Source: Arenicellales bacterium
GTDB lineage: Bacteria > Pseudomonadota > Gammaproteobacteria > Arenicellales > JAANXG01
Direction: 5' to 3'
Length of the DNA: 64,000 nt
Assembly: GCA_049583715.1 (NCBI GenBank)
Contig: JBAUWJ010000279.1
Span: forward strand, 8,172 to 72,171
Below the pieces are notes generated by a model, which worked only from the letters and a program-made list of their open reading frames with translations, did no database searches and was not told where the DNA came from. Both the position numbers and the translations under genes were made by a program. This document shows, in pieces, positions 20,636 through 29,106 of the stretch. Each line of letters starts with the position of its first letter. Position 1 is the first letter of the stretch.

Positions 20636-21907
20636 TCAACTCCTCGGTATACGCAGCTTCTGGCCCACGCGTACCGTGTCGCTCCTCATGCCGTTGAGCT
20701 TCTTGAGGCTGTGGACACTGGTTCGGTAGCGCTGGGCGATCTCCGACAGCGTGTCGCCGCGCCTGACAACGTAAACGGAGGGACGCGCGCCTGGGTGATG
20801 GCGCTCGTAGTAACGTCGAATGCCCCCGTAGATGGCGCTGGCAATCTTGCGTCGGTACGAGCGTGTCCGCAGCAGCCTTTCCTCGTGCGGATTCGACAGG
20901 AATGCGGTTTCGACCAGCACCGAAGGAATATCCGGGGATTTCAACACCACGAAGCCCGCATACTCCACCCGGTTGATGTGGACCCTGCCCACGTGGTGCA
21001 GCTCGTGCAGGATGTCCGCCGCCAGCTCCCGGCTGTCGCTGATGCTCTTGTTCATCGACAGGTCCCACAGGACCTTGGCCACGGTATCGTCCTTGTCACG
21101 CAGGCTGACGCCGCCGATCAGGTCCGCGGCATTCTCTTTGTCGGACAGCCACCTGGCTTCCTCGCTGGACGCGCCCCGGGTCGACAAGGTGTAGACGGAG
21201 GACCCGCGCGCCGACCGCTGCGGAAAAGCGTCCGCATGGATGGAGACGAACAGATTGGCCTGCGCGGACCGGGCGATCGCTGTCCGTCGCCTCAGCGAGA
21301 CGTAATAGTCGCCTTTTCTGGTCATAATGGCCTTCATTTCCGGATCGCGCGCCACAAGGGCCTTCAAATCTTTGCCGATCGCCAGTGTGATGTCCTTTTC
21401 GTGCGTCCCGCCGTGCCCTGTCGTGCCGGGATCCTCGCCTCCGTGGCCTGGATCAATGGCGACGACAAACTGCTTGGAACTGCGCCGGGCGGTGAGCACG
21501 GCGCGGCCGTCCACGTGCCCCCTGCGGTACAGGTCGACCACCAGCCGGTTGCCGTACAGCGCGTTCGGCTCGAGAAGGAACGCGTTGGGCTTGACGGCCG
21601 TCTTCAGGTTGAACACCACGCGGAGCACGCCCGGCCTCGGTGTTCCACTGCGTACGCCCGCGATAAACCGCCCGTCGTCCTTCACGGGCGGCAAGTCCCG
21701 CGCCAGTCTCGCGTTCGGCAGGTCCAGGTAAACGCGGTGCGGGTGGCTCAGGACACCCAGCTTGTAGTGAACCGGAGCACTCAAGTCCAACACCGCACGG
21801 GTGTGATCCGGCGCCTGCCACATGCGCAGATCCTTCACCATCACCTGCGCCGCCCCGGCGCTGCAGAACTCGAACGCCAACAGTAGCGCGATCGCTACCC
21901 GGTACAA
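20636..21907 (-). CDS. amiB: N-acetylmuramoyl-L-alanine amidase (AMIN domain + amidase_3 + C-terminal LysM)
   Basis: 423 aa with a signal peptide and an AMIN-like N-terminus (VKDLRMWQAPDHTRAVLDL…). The catalytic region contains (VVAIDPGHGGEDPGT…SIHADA…). The LysM domain is (YVVRRGDTLSEIAQRYRTSVHSLKKLNGM…). The symbol is assigned by synteny (tsaE-amiB-mutL). Confidence 0.88.
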   Translation of the reverse strand: MYRVAIALLLAFEFCSAGAAQVMVKDLRMWQAPDHTRAVLDLSAPVHYKLGVLSHPHRVYLDLPNARLARDLPPVKDDGRFIAGVRSGTPRPGVLRVVFNLKTAVKPNAFLLEPNALYGNRLVVDLYRRGHVDGRAVLTARRSSKQFVVAIDPGHGGEDPGTTGHGGTHEKDITLAIGKDLKALVARDPEMKAIMTRKGDYYVSLRRRTAIARSAQANLFVSIHADAFPQRSARGSSVYTLSTRGASSEEARWLSDKENAADLIGGVSLRDKDDTVAKVLWDLSMNKSISDSRELAADILHELHHVGRVHINRVEYAGFVVLKSPDIPSVLVETAFLSNPHEERLLRTRSYRRKIASAIYGGIRRYYERHHPGARPSVYVVRRGDTLSEIAQRYRTSVHSLKKLNGMRSDTVRVGQKLRIPRS

Positions 21908-22362
21908 AAGCCCTCCCCCATCCGGGTCCGGCTCTCGAGTCGCACTGTCCGCGCCCCGTCCTCATCGATGGCGATGTGAACCTCGCAATCCGCCGGGGGC
22001 AGGCCGTCCTCGGCCCGCTCCGGCCACTCCACCAGCAATACCGATTGTTCCCCGAGGTAATCTCTGATGGCAAGCTGCTCGAGCTCGGTGGCCCCGTCCA
22101 GGCGGTACAAATCCAGGTGCGCCACCTTCAGCCCCCGCACATCGTAGGTTTCCAGCAACGTGAATGTCGGACTGGGCACCACCCCCTCGTAGCCGAGCGC
22201 ACCCAGCAGGCCGCGCACCAGGGTAGTCTTGCCCGAACCCAGGTCGCCCCGCAGAAATATCACCGACCCGCCGCGCAGTCTTGCGGTGAGACCCCCACCG
22301 AAATCCTCCATGGCTTCGACCGAGGCTATTCGGTGCACCACGCTGGTCTCGAGAGCGGTCAC
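21895..22362 (-). CDS. tsaE: tRNA t6A37 biosynthesis ATPase TsaE
   Basis: 155 aa from the GTG at 22362, which forms a GTGA overlap with the nnr stop. It has the Walker A motif GDLGSGKTTLVRGL, plus …SPTFTLLETY… and …HLDLYRL…. The upstream 230 codons of the track ORF overlap nnr and were rejected. Confidence 0.88.
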   Translation of the reverse strand: MTALETSVVHRIASVEAMEDFGGGLTARLRGGSVIFLRGDLGSGKTTLVRGLLGALGYEGVVPSPTFTLLETYDVRGLKVAHLDLYRLDGATELEQLAIRDYLGEQSVLLVEWPERAEDGLPPADCEVHIAIDEDGARTVRLESRTRMGEGFCTG

Positions 22363-23831
22363 GCTGCCGGCGCCCCCACGACGTCCGCCAGGGCATCGCC
22401 CAGGGCACCGGCCGTCAGGCCCACCAGGCCCCGGGGTGCGGCGAGGTCGCCTGCCCGGGCGTGGCACCAGACTCCGTAGCAGGCCGCGTCCTCGGCGACC
22501 ATCCCCTGGCCGCGCAGCGCCGCGATGACGCCGGTGAGAACATCGCCCATGCCGCCGCTCGCCATACCGGCATTGCCCCCGTCGCACACGTGCAGCGACT
22601 CTCCGAGAACCAGCGTGCCGGGACCCTTGAGGACGATGACACCGCCGTAGCGGTCTCTCAACGCGCGCGCCGCCGACACCCGGTCGGCCTGTACTTCGGC
22701 GGTTCCGATCCCCAGCAGCGCCGCGGCTTCGCCCGGATGCGGCGTGAGAACCCAGTCCTCCCTGCGGATCGGCGACGCGGCCAGGAAATACAGCGCGTCC
22801 GCGTCGACCACCAACGGGCGGCCGCCGGCGATCACCGCCTGCCACACCGCGCCGGCCCAGGGGTCGCGGCCGAGTCCCGGACCGATCGCGACGACGTCGG
22901 CTTTCTCCATCATCGACGCCAGGCCGTCCGCGGACTCTAGGCAATAGGCGATGGACTCGAGCGTGTTCGTCACCAGGTTCTCCGGCTTCGACCGGGTTGC
23001 AAGATAGACCAGACCGGCGCCGCTGCGGTGCGCGGCGCGCGCCGCCATGCACGGCGCCCCCGGCATACCGTGATTGCCGCCCACCACCAGCACGCGCCCC
23101 GCATCGCCCTTATGCGCGACCGGAGACCGGGCACGAACGAAGGTTGCGAAAGGCGCCGGGTCTATCAGGGTCGCGACACACTCGACATGATCGTAGATCT
23201 CGCCGGGAACGCCCAGGTCGTCGAAATGCAGGCGCCCGACGACAGCGCGGCCGTCGCCGGTGAAGCAGCCAAGCTTGCGCCCGATGAAGGTCGCGGTGGC
23301 CCCGGCGCGCACACAGGGCTCGAGCGCCGTGCCGGTATCCGCGTGCAGTCCCGAGGGAATGTCGAGCGCAATCACCGGCCTGTGCGAAGCGTTGATCCGC
23401 GCTATGGCCGCACCGTACTCGCCGGCCGGGGCCTTTTCGAGTCCGGTCCCGAGCAAGGCATCGACGATCACTTCGGTTCCGGCGGGTACTTCGTGGGTGC
23501 CGTTCTTCACCATGCCCCCCGCCGCGCGAAACTCGGCCAGCGCCCGCCGGGCTTCCGCGGACTTCGGCTGCCCCGTCGCGACCAGCTCGACTTCCATCCC
23601 TCTTTCTCGAGCAAGAGCGGCCAGCACGTAGCCGTCCCCGCCGTTGTTGCCGCCGCCGCAGAAGACCGCGATCCTCCGTGCGCGGGGAAAAGCGTGGCGC
23701 ATGAGGCGGTAGCCGACGAGTCCCGCGCGCCTCATCAGCTCCCAGGCATCGATTCCGCACTCCTCGATCGCGACGCGATCGAGCTCCCTCACCCCGGCGG
23801 CGGTGTACAGGCGCTGCGCAGCTCTGCTCAT
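22359..23831 (-). CDS. nnr: Bifunctional NAD(P)H-hydrate repair enzyme (epimerase/ADP-dependent dehydratase)
   Basis: The ATG at 23831 gives MSRAAQRLYTAAGVRELDRVAIEE…. It has the YjeF_N motif CGGGNNGGDGYV and a C-terminal carbohydrate-kinase domain (…GPGLG…GMASGGMGDVLTG…). Confidence 0.9.
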   Translation of the reverse strand: MSRAAQRLYTAAGVRELDRVAIEECGIDAWELMRRAGLVGYRLMRHAFPRARRIAVFCGGGNNGGDGYVLAALARERGMEVELVATGQPKSAEARRALAEFRAAGGMVKNGTHEVPAGTEVIVDALLGTGLEKAPAGEYGAAIARINASHRPVIALDIPSGLHADTGTALEPCVRAGATATFIGRKLGCFTGDGRAVVGRLHFDDLGVPGEIYDHVECVATLIDPAPFATFVRARSPVAHKGDAGRVLVVGGNHGMPGAPCMAARAAHRSGAGLVYLATRSKPENLVTNTLESIAYCLESADGLASMMEKADVVAIGPGLGRDPWAGAVWQAVIAGGRPLVVDADALYFLAASPIRREDWVLTPHPGEAAALLGIGTAEVQADRVSAARALRDRYGGVIVLKGPGTLVLGESLHVCDGGNAGMASGGMGDVLTGVIAALRGQGMVAEDAACYGVWCHARAGDLAAPRGLVGLTAGALGDALADVVGAPAA

Positions 23832-23847
23832 ATCGTTATGATAACAA

Positions 23848-24948
23848 GTGTCAATGTCATCCCAAGGCCAACATGGCGAGCCGCGAGAGCCCATCGACTA
23901 CCGGTCGCTGGCGGCACGCATCAAACAATGGGCGAGCGAGCTCGGGTTCGAGGCAACCGGCATTACCGACACCGATCTCGCCCGGGCCGGCTCGCGGCTG
24001 AAGGAATGGCTGGCCGCGGGCCGCCACGGCGAGATGCAGTACATGGCCGCCCACGGAAACAGGAGAACCGAGCCTGCGTCGCTGGTACCGGGCACACTGC
24101 GTGTCATCTGCGTGCGGATGAGATACTGGCCGGGCGACTCCGCCTTGCCCCCGGATACCGCGCTCGCCGATCGTGGTGCCGGGTACGTCGCCCGCTACGC
24201 CCTGGGGAAGGACTATCACAAAGTGCTGCGTCGCAGGCTGCAGAAGCTCGCCGACCGGATCCAGGAGCAGGTTGGCTCCTTCGGCTACCGGGCTTTTGCG
24301 GACAGCGCACCGGTCATGGAAAAGCCGCTGGCAGAGAAAGCCGGTCTCGGTTGGATTGGAAAGCACACGAACCTGATCGACAAGACGCAAGGCTCCTGGT
24401 TCTTCCTCGGAGAGCTCTTCACCGACCTCCCACTGCCCGTCGACGAGGCGGCGGAGAACCATTGCGGAAGCTGTCGCGCCTGCCTCGATGCCTGCCCCAC
24501 CGGCGCGATCACGGCCCCTTACCAGCTCGATGCCCGGCGATGCATCTCCTATCTCACCATCGAGCTGCGCGGCAGTATCCCGGAACTCCTCCGGCCGCTC
24601 ATGGGAAACCGGATATTCGGCTGCGACGACTGCCAGGCGGTATGCCCCTGGAACCGTTTCGCACGCGTCTCCACCCTGCCGGAGCTCCGTCCCCGCACGG
24701 CGGTGACGGACCGCGAGCTCGAGTGGTTCGCCTCCTGGACCGAGGAAGAGTTCGATCGACATACCGCTGGCTCGGCGATCCGGCGCGCCGGCTACGAGGG
24801 CTTCCTCAGGAACGTCGCGGTCGCCCTCGGCAACGCTCCGGCCTCTTCCGCCGTCCTCGCCTCCATCGAGAAGCTGGTCAGGCACTCCTCGCCGCTGGTC
24901 CGGGAGCACGCCGAATGGGCCCGGGCGCGCCACTGCCGCGCCGCCTGA
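23848..24948 (+). CDS. queG: Epoxyqueuosine reductase
   Basis: 366 aa. …IKQWASELGFEATGITDTDL…GRHGEMQYMA…GTLRVICVRMRYWP… aligns by eye with E. coli QueG. 4Fe-4S Cys clusters are present (CGSCRACLDACPTGA, CDDCQAVCPWN). Confidence 0.92.
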   Translation: MSMSSQGQHGEPREPIDYRSLAARIKQWASELGFEATGITDTDLARAGSRLKEWLAAGRHGEMQYMAAHGNRRTEPASLVPGTLRVICVRMRYWPGDSALPPDTALADRGAGYVARYALGKDYHKVLRRRLQKLADRIQEQVGSFGYRAFADSAPVMEKPLAEKAGLGWIGKHTNLIDKTQGSWFFLGELFTDLPLPVDEAAENHCGSCRACLDACPTGAITAPYQLDARRCISYLTIELRGSIPELLRPLMGNRIFGCDDCQAVCPWNRFARVSTLPELRPRTAVTDRELEWFASWTEEEFDRHTAGSAIRRAGYEGFLRNVAVALGNAPASSAVLASIEKLVRHSSPLVREHAEWARARHCRAA

Positions 24949-24957
24949 GCACGCGCC

Positions 24958-25500
24958 TCACACCCGCAGGAAGTGGGTGCGGTAGTAGCGCAGCTCTTCT
25001 ATGGATTCGCGAATATCGTCGAGTGCGCGGTGGTTGCTCTGCTTGTCCAAGCCGGCGAGGTCGGGATGCCAGCGCTTCGCCAGCTCCTTCACGGTGCTGA
25101 CATCGAGGTTCCTGTAATGCAGATAGCTCTCCAGCTCGCGCATGTACCGCGCGAGGAAGCGCCGGTCCTGGCAGATGCTGTTGCCGCACAACGGTGATTT
25201 GTTCCTCGGGACGTAGCTCTGAATGAACCGAAGGGTTTCGAGCTCTGCACGGCGCTCGTCAATCTCCGACGCCAGGACCTTGTCCACCAGGCCGCTGGCG
25301 GTATGGGTGCGGGTATTCCATTCGTCCATGCCCGCCAGCATCGCCTCGGACTGCTTGATGACCAGCACGGGGCCCTCGGCGAGTACTTCGAGGTTCGAGT
25401 CCGTAATGATGGTCGCGATCTCGATGATTCGGTCCCGTTCCGGTGACAGGCCGGTCATTTCGAGATCGATCCATACCAGCGCGTTGGGATCCTGGGTCAT
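24958..25500 (-). CDS. orn: Oligoribonuclease
   Basis: The ATG at 25500 gives [34 protein letters not shown]… (DEDDh exonuclease), 180 aa. Confidence 0.93.
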   Translation of the reverse strand: MTQDPNALVWIDLEMTGLSPERDRIIEIATIITDSNLEVLAEGPVLVIKQSEAMLAGMDEWNTRTHTASGLVDKVLASEIDERRAELETLRFIQSYVPRNKSPLCGNSICQDRRFLARYMRELESYLHYRNLDVSTVKELAKRWHPDLAGLDKQSNHRALDDIRESIEELRYYRTHFLRV

Positions 25501-25544
25501 GGGTCTCGGAGTTCCGTGATAGTTTGTTTGACTCGCCGACCGTG

Positions 25545-26141
25545 TCACCATGGCCGCCGGTCGGCAAACGCCTGGGATAATGTGCCGTGGTCGATGTACT
25601 CGAGCTCGCCTCCCACCGGCACACCGCGGGCCAGGCGTGTGATGCTCACTGAATGACCTTCAAGGAGCTGTCGCAGGTAATCAGCGGTCGCCTCCCCCTC
25701 CGTGGTCAGGTTGGTGGCGATGATCAGCTCGTCGATCTGCTCATTGTCCATCAGGCTCTTCAACCGCTCGAATCCGAGCTCGTCCGGTCCGATGCCGTCC
25801 AGCGGGGACAGACGCCCCATCAACACGAAATACATTCCCTGGTAGGCCCCCGTCTGCTCCACGGCCTCCAGGTCCGCCGGCGTCTCGACGACACACACCG
25901 TCCTCGAATCCCGCCTGGCGGAGGCACAGATGTCGCAAAGCTCCGTCTCGCTGAAGTTGTTGCATCGCCGGCATCGAATCACCGTCTTCAAGGCGCGCTG
26001 CAGGGCCTCGGCTATGACCCGGGCACCGTCCTGGTCGCGCTCGAGCAGGTGGAACGCCATCCGCTGCGCCGTTTTCGGTCCCACGCCCGGCAAACGGCGA
26101 AGGGCTTCCCGCAGCTGGTCGATCGCCTGGGAATGAGACAC
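25545..26141 (-). CDS. recR: Recombination protein RecR
   Basis: 198 aa with an HhH region ([14 protein letters not shown]), a C4 zinc finger ([16 protein letters not shown]) and a Toprim domain. Confidence 0.95.
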   Translation of the reverse strand: MSHSQAIDQLREALRRLPGVGPKTAQRMAFHLLERDQDGARVIAEALQRALKTVIRCRRCNNFSETELCDICASARRDSRTVCVVETPADLEAVEQTGAYQGMYFVLMGRLSPLDGIGPDELGFERLKSLMDNEQIDELIIATNLTTEGEATADYLRQLLEGHSVSITRLARGVPVGGELEYIDHGTLSQAFADRRPW

Positions 26142-26144
26142 TTT

Positions 26145-26465
26145 TTAGAGCGGCAGATTCAACCCGGGGATGTTGAGACCGGCGGTCAGGCCCGACATCT
26201 TCTCCTGGGCGGCCTGCTCCGCCTTTCGCACGGCGTCGTTCATCGCCGCCGCAACCAGATCCTCCAGTACCTCCTTGTCGTCGTTCATGAGGGCGTCGTC
26301 GATCTCTACCCGCTTCACGTCATGCCGGCAGCTCATGACGACGGACACCATGCCGCCTCCGGCCTGTCCGGTCACTTCCATGCCCGCCAGCTCCTCCTGG
26401 GCCTTGCGCATGTTCTCCTGCATTTCCTGTGCCTGCTTCATCAAGTTGCCTAAGCCACCCTTCAT
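26145..26465 (-). CDS. ybaB: YbaB/EbfC-family nucleoid-associated protein
   Basis: The ATG at 26465 gives [26 protein letters not shown]…, 106 aa, located between dnaX and recR. Confidence 0.9.
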   Translation of the reverse strand: MKGGLGNLMKQAQEMQENMRKAQEELAGMEVTGQAGGGMVSVVMSCRHDVKRVEIDDALMNDDKEVLEDLVAAAMNDAVRKAEQAAQEKMSGLTAGLNIPGLNLPL

Positions 26466-26494
26466 ATCAACCTCTTGCACGTTTACGCCACGAT

Positions 26495-28072
26495 TCATCG
26501 CCTTGGACGGACGGAGTCTTCCACCAAGGTCGCGTCGAACTGCTCGATCAGATCCTTGACGTCGGGATCGTTTCTGATGGCCCGCTCGGCCTCTGACTGC
26601 CTGTCGGATTTCTCGCGTTCCACGGATTGTACCGGTGTTTCGTTACTGGGTTCCGACAATCGTATTTTGACCTCGGCCGTCTCTCCCGTTCGCTCGGAGA
26701 TGGCTCTGGACACCTGGTCGGTCCTCTCGGCATTGACCAGGTGCTCATGCTGAGGGTTCAACTCGAATGACCAGATGCCGTTCTCTCGGGTCCGAAGGGC
26801 CAGGTTCATGGCCAGCTCCTGGGCCCAGCCCTTGAGGGGAAGCTCCCTGGCAAGCCGTCGCCAGTCGAGCGCTGATTCCGGCGCTTCCCGGGGTTTCCCG
26901 GCCGGCGCCGCGTCCACGGTGCTCTTGCGACCGGAGCCTGCGGCAGCCGAGCGCCTGGCCCCCCCGTCCACCGGTCGCCGCGCCGAGTCTCCGGGTTGAA
27001 AGGCCAGAAGTCGCAGCATCACCATCTCGAACCCGGTCCGCGGATCAGGAGCGAGGGGCAGATCCCGCTTGCCGATCAACACGATCTGATAGTAGAGCTG
27101 CAGCTCCTCCTCCCCGAACATACCAGCCGCGTCCGGGTGCCAGGGGCTCGGATCCTGCCTCGCCTGGAGGAGCTCCGGGCTGCGCTTGTACAGGGAAAGA
27201 CAAAAGAGCTCCGTCAACAGGTCGTCAAGCAGGGGCGCGTAGGCGTTGGAACGCTGCGCCACGGCGTCGATCACGCGGAATACCGCCCCGACGTCGGCCT
27301 TCGCCAACGCTTCGAGCAGCTCGCGCGCGTAGTCGGTATCCATCAGCCCCAGCATCTGGCGCACGGTCTCCGCGCTCACCCGGCCGTCGCCCTGGGCGAT
27401 GGCCTGGTCCAGCAGGCTCAGGCCGTCGCGCATGCTTCCATCAGCCGAGCGAGCCAGCAGGTGCAGCGCGTCGTCCTCGAAGGCTACGCCCTCCGACTCG
27501 ACGATCTTCTTCAACTGGGCTTCGATCTCCTCGACGCGCAACAGCTTCAAATTGAACTGCAGACAGCGCGACAGGATGGTGACCGGAAGCTTCTGGGGAT
27601 CCGTGGTCGCAAACAGGAACTTCACGTGCGGCGGCGGCTCTTCGAGGGTCTTCAGCAAGGCGTTGAAGCTGTGATTCGACAGCATGTGCACCTCGTCCAC
27701 GAGGTACACCTTGAAGCGGCCGGACGTCGGGGCGTACTGAACATTGTCCAGGAGCTCACGCGTGTCCGCCACCTGGGTGCGCGAAGCGGCATCTACCTCT
27801 ATCAAATCCACGAACCGTCCTTCGTCGATGGCCCGGCAGGCGTCGCATTCGTTGCAGGGTTTCGAGCTCACGCCCTTCTCGCAATTCAGGCACTTGGCGA
27901 GAATCCGGGCCAGGGTGGTCTTACCGATGCCGCGCGTACCCGTGAACAGGAACCCATGGTGAACGCGGTCGCTGTCCAGCGCGTGCGTCAACGCCGCCAC
28001 GATGTGCTCCTGGCCCACCAGCTCCTCGAACGAGCGTGGACGCCATTTGCGTGCTAATGCCTGATAAGTCAT
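26495..28072 (-). CDS. dnaX: DNA polymerase III subunit gamma/tau
   Basis: 525 aa. [25 protein letters not shown]…[16 protein letters not shown]…[10 protein letters not shown]… is near-collinear with E. coli DnaX. Confidence 0.95.
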   Translation of the reverse strand: MTYQALARKWRPRSFEELVGQEHIVAALTHALDSDRVHHGFLFTGTRGIGKTTLARILAKCLNCEKGVSSKPCNECDACRAIDEGRFVDLIEVDAASRTQVADTRELLDNVQYAPTSGRFKVYLVDEVHMLSNHSFNALLKTLEEPPPHVKFLFATTDPQKLPVTILSRCLQFNLKLLRVEEIEAQLKKIVESEGVAFEDDALHLLARSADGSMRDGLSLLDQAIAQGDGRVSAETVRQMLGLMDTDYARELLEALAKADVGAVFRVIDAVAQRSNAYAPLLDDLLTELFCLSLYKRSPELLQARQDPSPWHPDAAGMFGEEELQLYYQIVLIGKRDLPLAPDPRTGFEMVMLRLLAFQPGDSARRPVDGGARRSAAAGSGRKSTVDAAPAGKPREAPESALDWRRLARELPLKGWAQELAMNLALRTRENGIWSFELNPQHEHLVNAERTDQVSRAISERTGETAEVKIRLSEPSNETPVQSVEREKSDRQSEAERAIRNDPDVKDLIEQFDATLVEDSVRPRR

Positions 28073-28087
28073 GGTGTTTCGAATTAA

Positions 28088-28205
28088 GGTGGCGGATCAG
28101 GCCGGCCCGGCCCCGGGCACCCGAATCGGCTGCTGCGGCTGCTTCCTTCCGGACCTGACCGGGTTCACAACCTATCGTCGGCCGGGAAGGCCGGCCCTCA
28201 CCGCC
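28088..28205 (-). ncRNA. ffs: Signal recognition particle RNA (4.5S-type)
   Basis: The minus strand reads GGCGGTGAGGGCCGGCC…CCCGGTCAGGTCCGGAAGGAAGCAGCCGCAGCAGCC…GGCCGGCCTGATCCGCCACC. It contains the invariant domain-IV motif CAGGUCCGGAAGGAAGCAGCC, and its 5' and 3' ends pair. It lies directly upstream of dnaX. End positions are approximate (±5 nt). Confidence 0.88.
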
Positions 28206-28262
28206 ATTGAACCTGTGAATCGGGTATTTTAGTGGTTTTCGGGGGCTGAGGCACTTCGCGAT

Positions 28263-28375
28263 TGGCGGAGAGGGAGGGATTATTCCGCACATCCGTGTGC
28301 TCCACCCCTTCGGGGCCGGTGCGCAAAGCGCACCGTTCCGCAGCGCTCCCGGCGCTGCTGGTCGAACCCTGGAGG
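28263..28375 (-). pseudogene. tRNA-Ser-derived 3' fragment (T-arm + acceptor 3' strand + CCA) carrying an 81-nt insertion in the T-loop
   Basis: The plus strand reads tggcggagagggagggatt[81 nt]cgaaccctggagg. The flanks match the 3' end of tRNA-Ser(GGA) at 28437-28526. The insert (28282-28362) is homologous to the insert at 28649-27. Confidence 0.7.
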
Positions 28376-28400
28376 ACTCGTCCACACGCCCTGTCGGCCA

Positions 28401-28436
28401 GATCAAAAAGCGGCCACGCCGGACCGCTTTTTGATC
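28401..28436 (-). terminator. Intrinsic (bidirectional) terminator hairpin immediately after tRNA-Ser(GGA)
   Basis: gatcaaaaagcgg-ccacgccgga-ccgctttttgatc forms a 13-bp stem with T/A runs on both sides. It abuts the tRNA 3' end. Confidence 0.75.
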
Positions 28437-28526
28437 TGGCGGAGAGGGAGGGATTCGAACCCTCGATACGGGTTAACGTATACACGCTTTCCAGGCGTGC
28501 GCCTTCAACCGCTCGGCCACCTCTCC
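28437..28526 (-). tRNA. tRNA-Ser (anticodon GGA), CCA encoded
   Basis: Minus strand: GGAGAGGTGGCCGAGCGGTTGAAGGCGCACGCCTGGAAAGCGTGTATACGTTAACCCGTATCGAGGGTTCGAATCCCTCCCTCTCCGCCA. The anticodon loop is CTGGAAA. It has a long variable arm and a full cloverleaf. Confidence 0.92.
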
Positions 28527-28537
28527 GGAGCTGCCGG

Positions 28538-28566
28538 AATCTAAACCACGCGGACATGCCTTGCAA
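28538..28566 (-). promoter_or_regulatory. Putative sigma70 promoter of tRNA-Ser(GGA)
   Basis: Minus strand TTGCAA-17 nt-TAGATT, with the -10 element ending ~11 nt before the mature tRNA 5' end. Confidence 0.6.
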
Positions 28567-28629
28567 ATTCGCCGGCCCGAACACTACCCGGCTCACGATG
28601 CGGGCGGGCCTTCAGCCCGGCTTGTCCTC

Positions 28630-28801
28630 TGGCGGAGAGGGAGGGATTGCTCGGCTCATCCCTGAGCCTCGCCCTTCGGGCCGGCGCACACTGCGCGCCG
28701 TTCGGCAACGCTCCCGGCGTTGCTCGTCGAACCCTCGATACGGGTTAGCGTATATACGCTTTCCTTCCCGTGCGCCTTCAACCGCTCGGCCACCTCTTTC
28801 G
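28630..28801 (-). pseudogene. tRNA-Ser paralog / pseudo-tRNA with a 79-nt T-loop insertion and a disrupted anticodon arm
   Basis: It is collinear with tRNA-Ser(GGA) over its whole length, including the variable arm and D-arm. Three differences stand out: the insert at 28649-28727 lies between GGGTTCG and AATCCC, the anticodon region (CACGGGAAGGAAAGCGT) has +1 nt and cannot pair, and the 5' acceptor strand has +1 nt. Confidence 0.7.
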
Positions 28802-28811
28802 GAGCTGCCGG

Positions 28812-28840
28812 AATCTAAACCACCAGGACACGCCTTGCAA
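28812..28840 (-). promoter_or_regulatory. Duplicated copy of the tRNA-Ser promoter upstream of the pseudo-tRNA
   Basis: The same TTGCAA-17 nt-TAGATT architecture is preserved; the spacer differs at a few positions. Confidence 0.5.
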
Positions 28841-28894
28841 ATCCACATCTTCACGCCGCCCCACCCTGTCCTTTCAACAGGGTGTCGCAAAAGA

Positions 28895-28933
28895 CACCCT
28901 CTCCCCCGCACGCGGGGGGCTGGGGTGAGGGGG
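28895..28933 (-). repeat. 'ccctcacccc…gggagaggg' REP-like hairpin element (inverted orientation relative to 10913-10953)
   Basis: The reverse complement reads ccctcaccccagccccccgcgtgcgggggagagggtg. Confidence 0.5.
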
Positions 28934-29106
28934 CGGCGTGGTTTGGCGTTGCATTCGGGTCCTTCCCGGTTTCCGGCGGGCAGGGGTACCAACCGGCCCG
29001 TGCCGAACGTACATTCCATCGCTCTCAACATGGCCCGCCAGCGCGAGAGGGGACCTGAATAAACCGCGCCGTGTCCGGCGACCACGCGCAGGCTACCTCC
29101 CTGCTC

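Noticed and set aside
23028-25100. 690-aa plus-strand ORF spanning nnr (antisense) and running in a different frame through queG
   Set aside because: The same antisense-shadow logic applies. The composition is Arg/Pro/Gly-rich, and the real genes here (nnr, queG) are strongly supported.
26495-28072. Programmed -1 frameshift site in dnaX (E. coli-type A AAA AAG heptamer producing gamma)
   Set aside because: I scanned the gene by eye on the minus strand and saw no A-rich slippery heptamer followed by a hairpin. I cannot exclude a different mechanism.
28630-28801. Idea that the interrupted tRNA-Ser paralog is an intron-containing functional tRNA or a tRNA-Sec
   Set aside because: The insertion is in the T-loop, not the anticodon loop. 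At ~80 nt it is far too small for a group I or II intron, and bacteria lack the BHB splicing machinery. The anticodon arm cannot pair and there is no UCA anticodon. I kept it as a pseudo-tRNA / structured element finding instead.
28262-29085. ORFs 28262-29062 (+, 266 aa) and 28612-29085 (-, 157 aa) across the tRNA-Ser locus
   Set aside because: They read straight through a tRNA gene, its duplicates and REP-like hairpins (e.g. the …AEREGFEPS… translation of a tRNA T-arm). They are not credible proteins.
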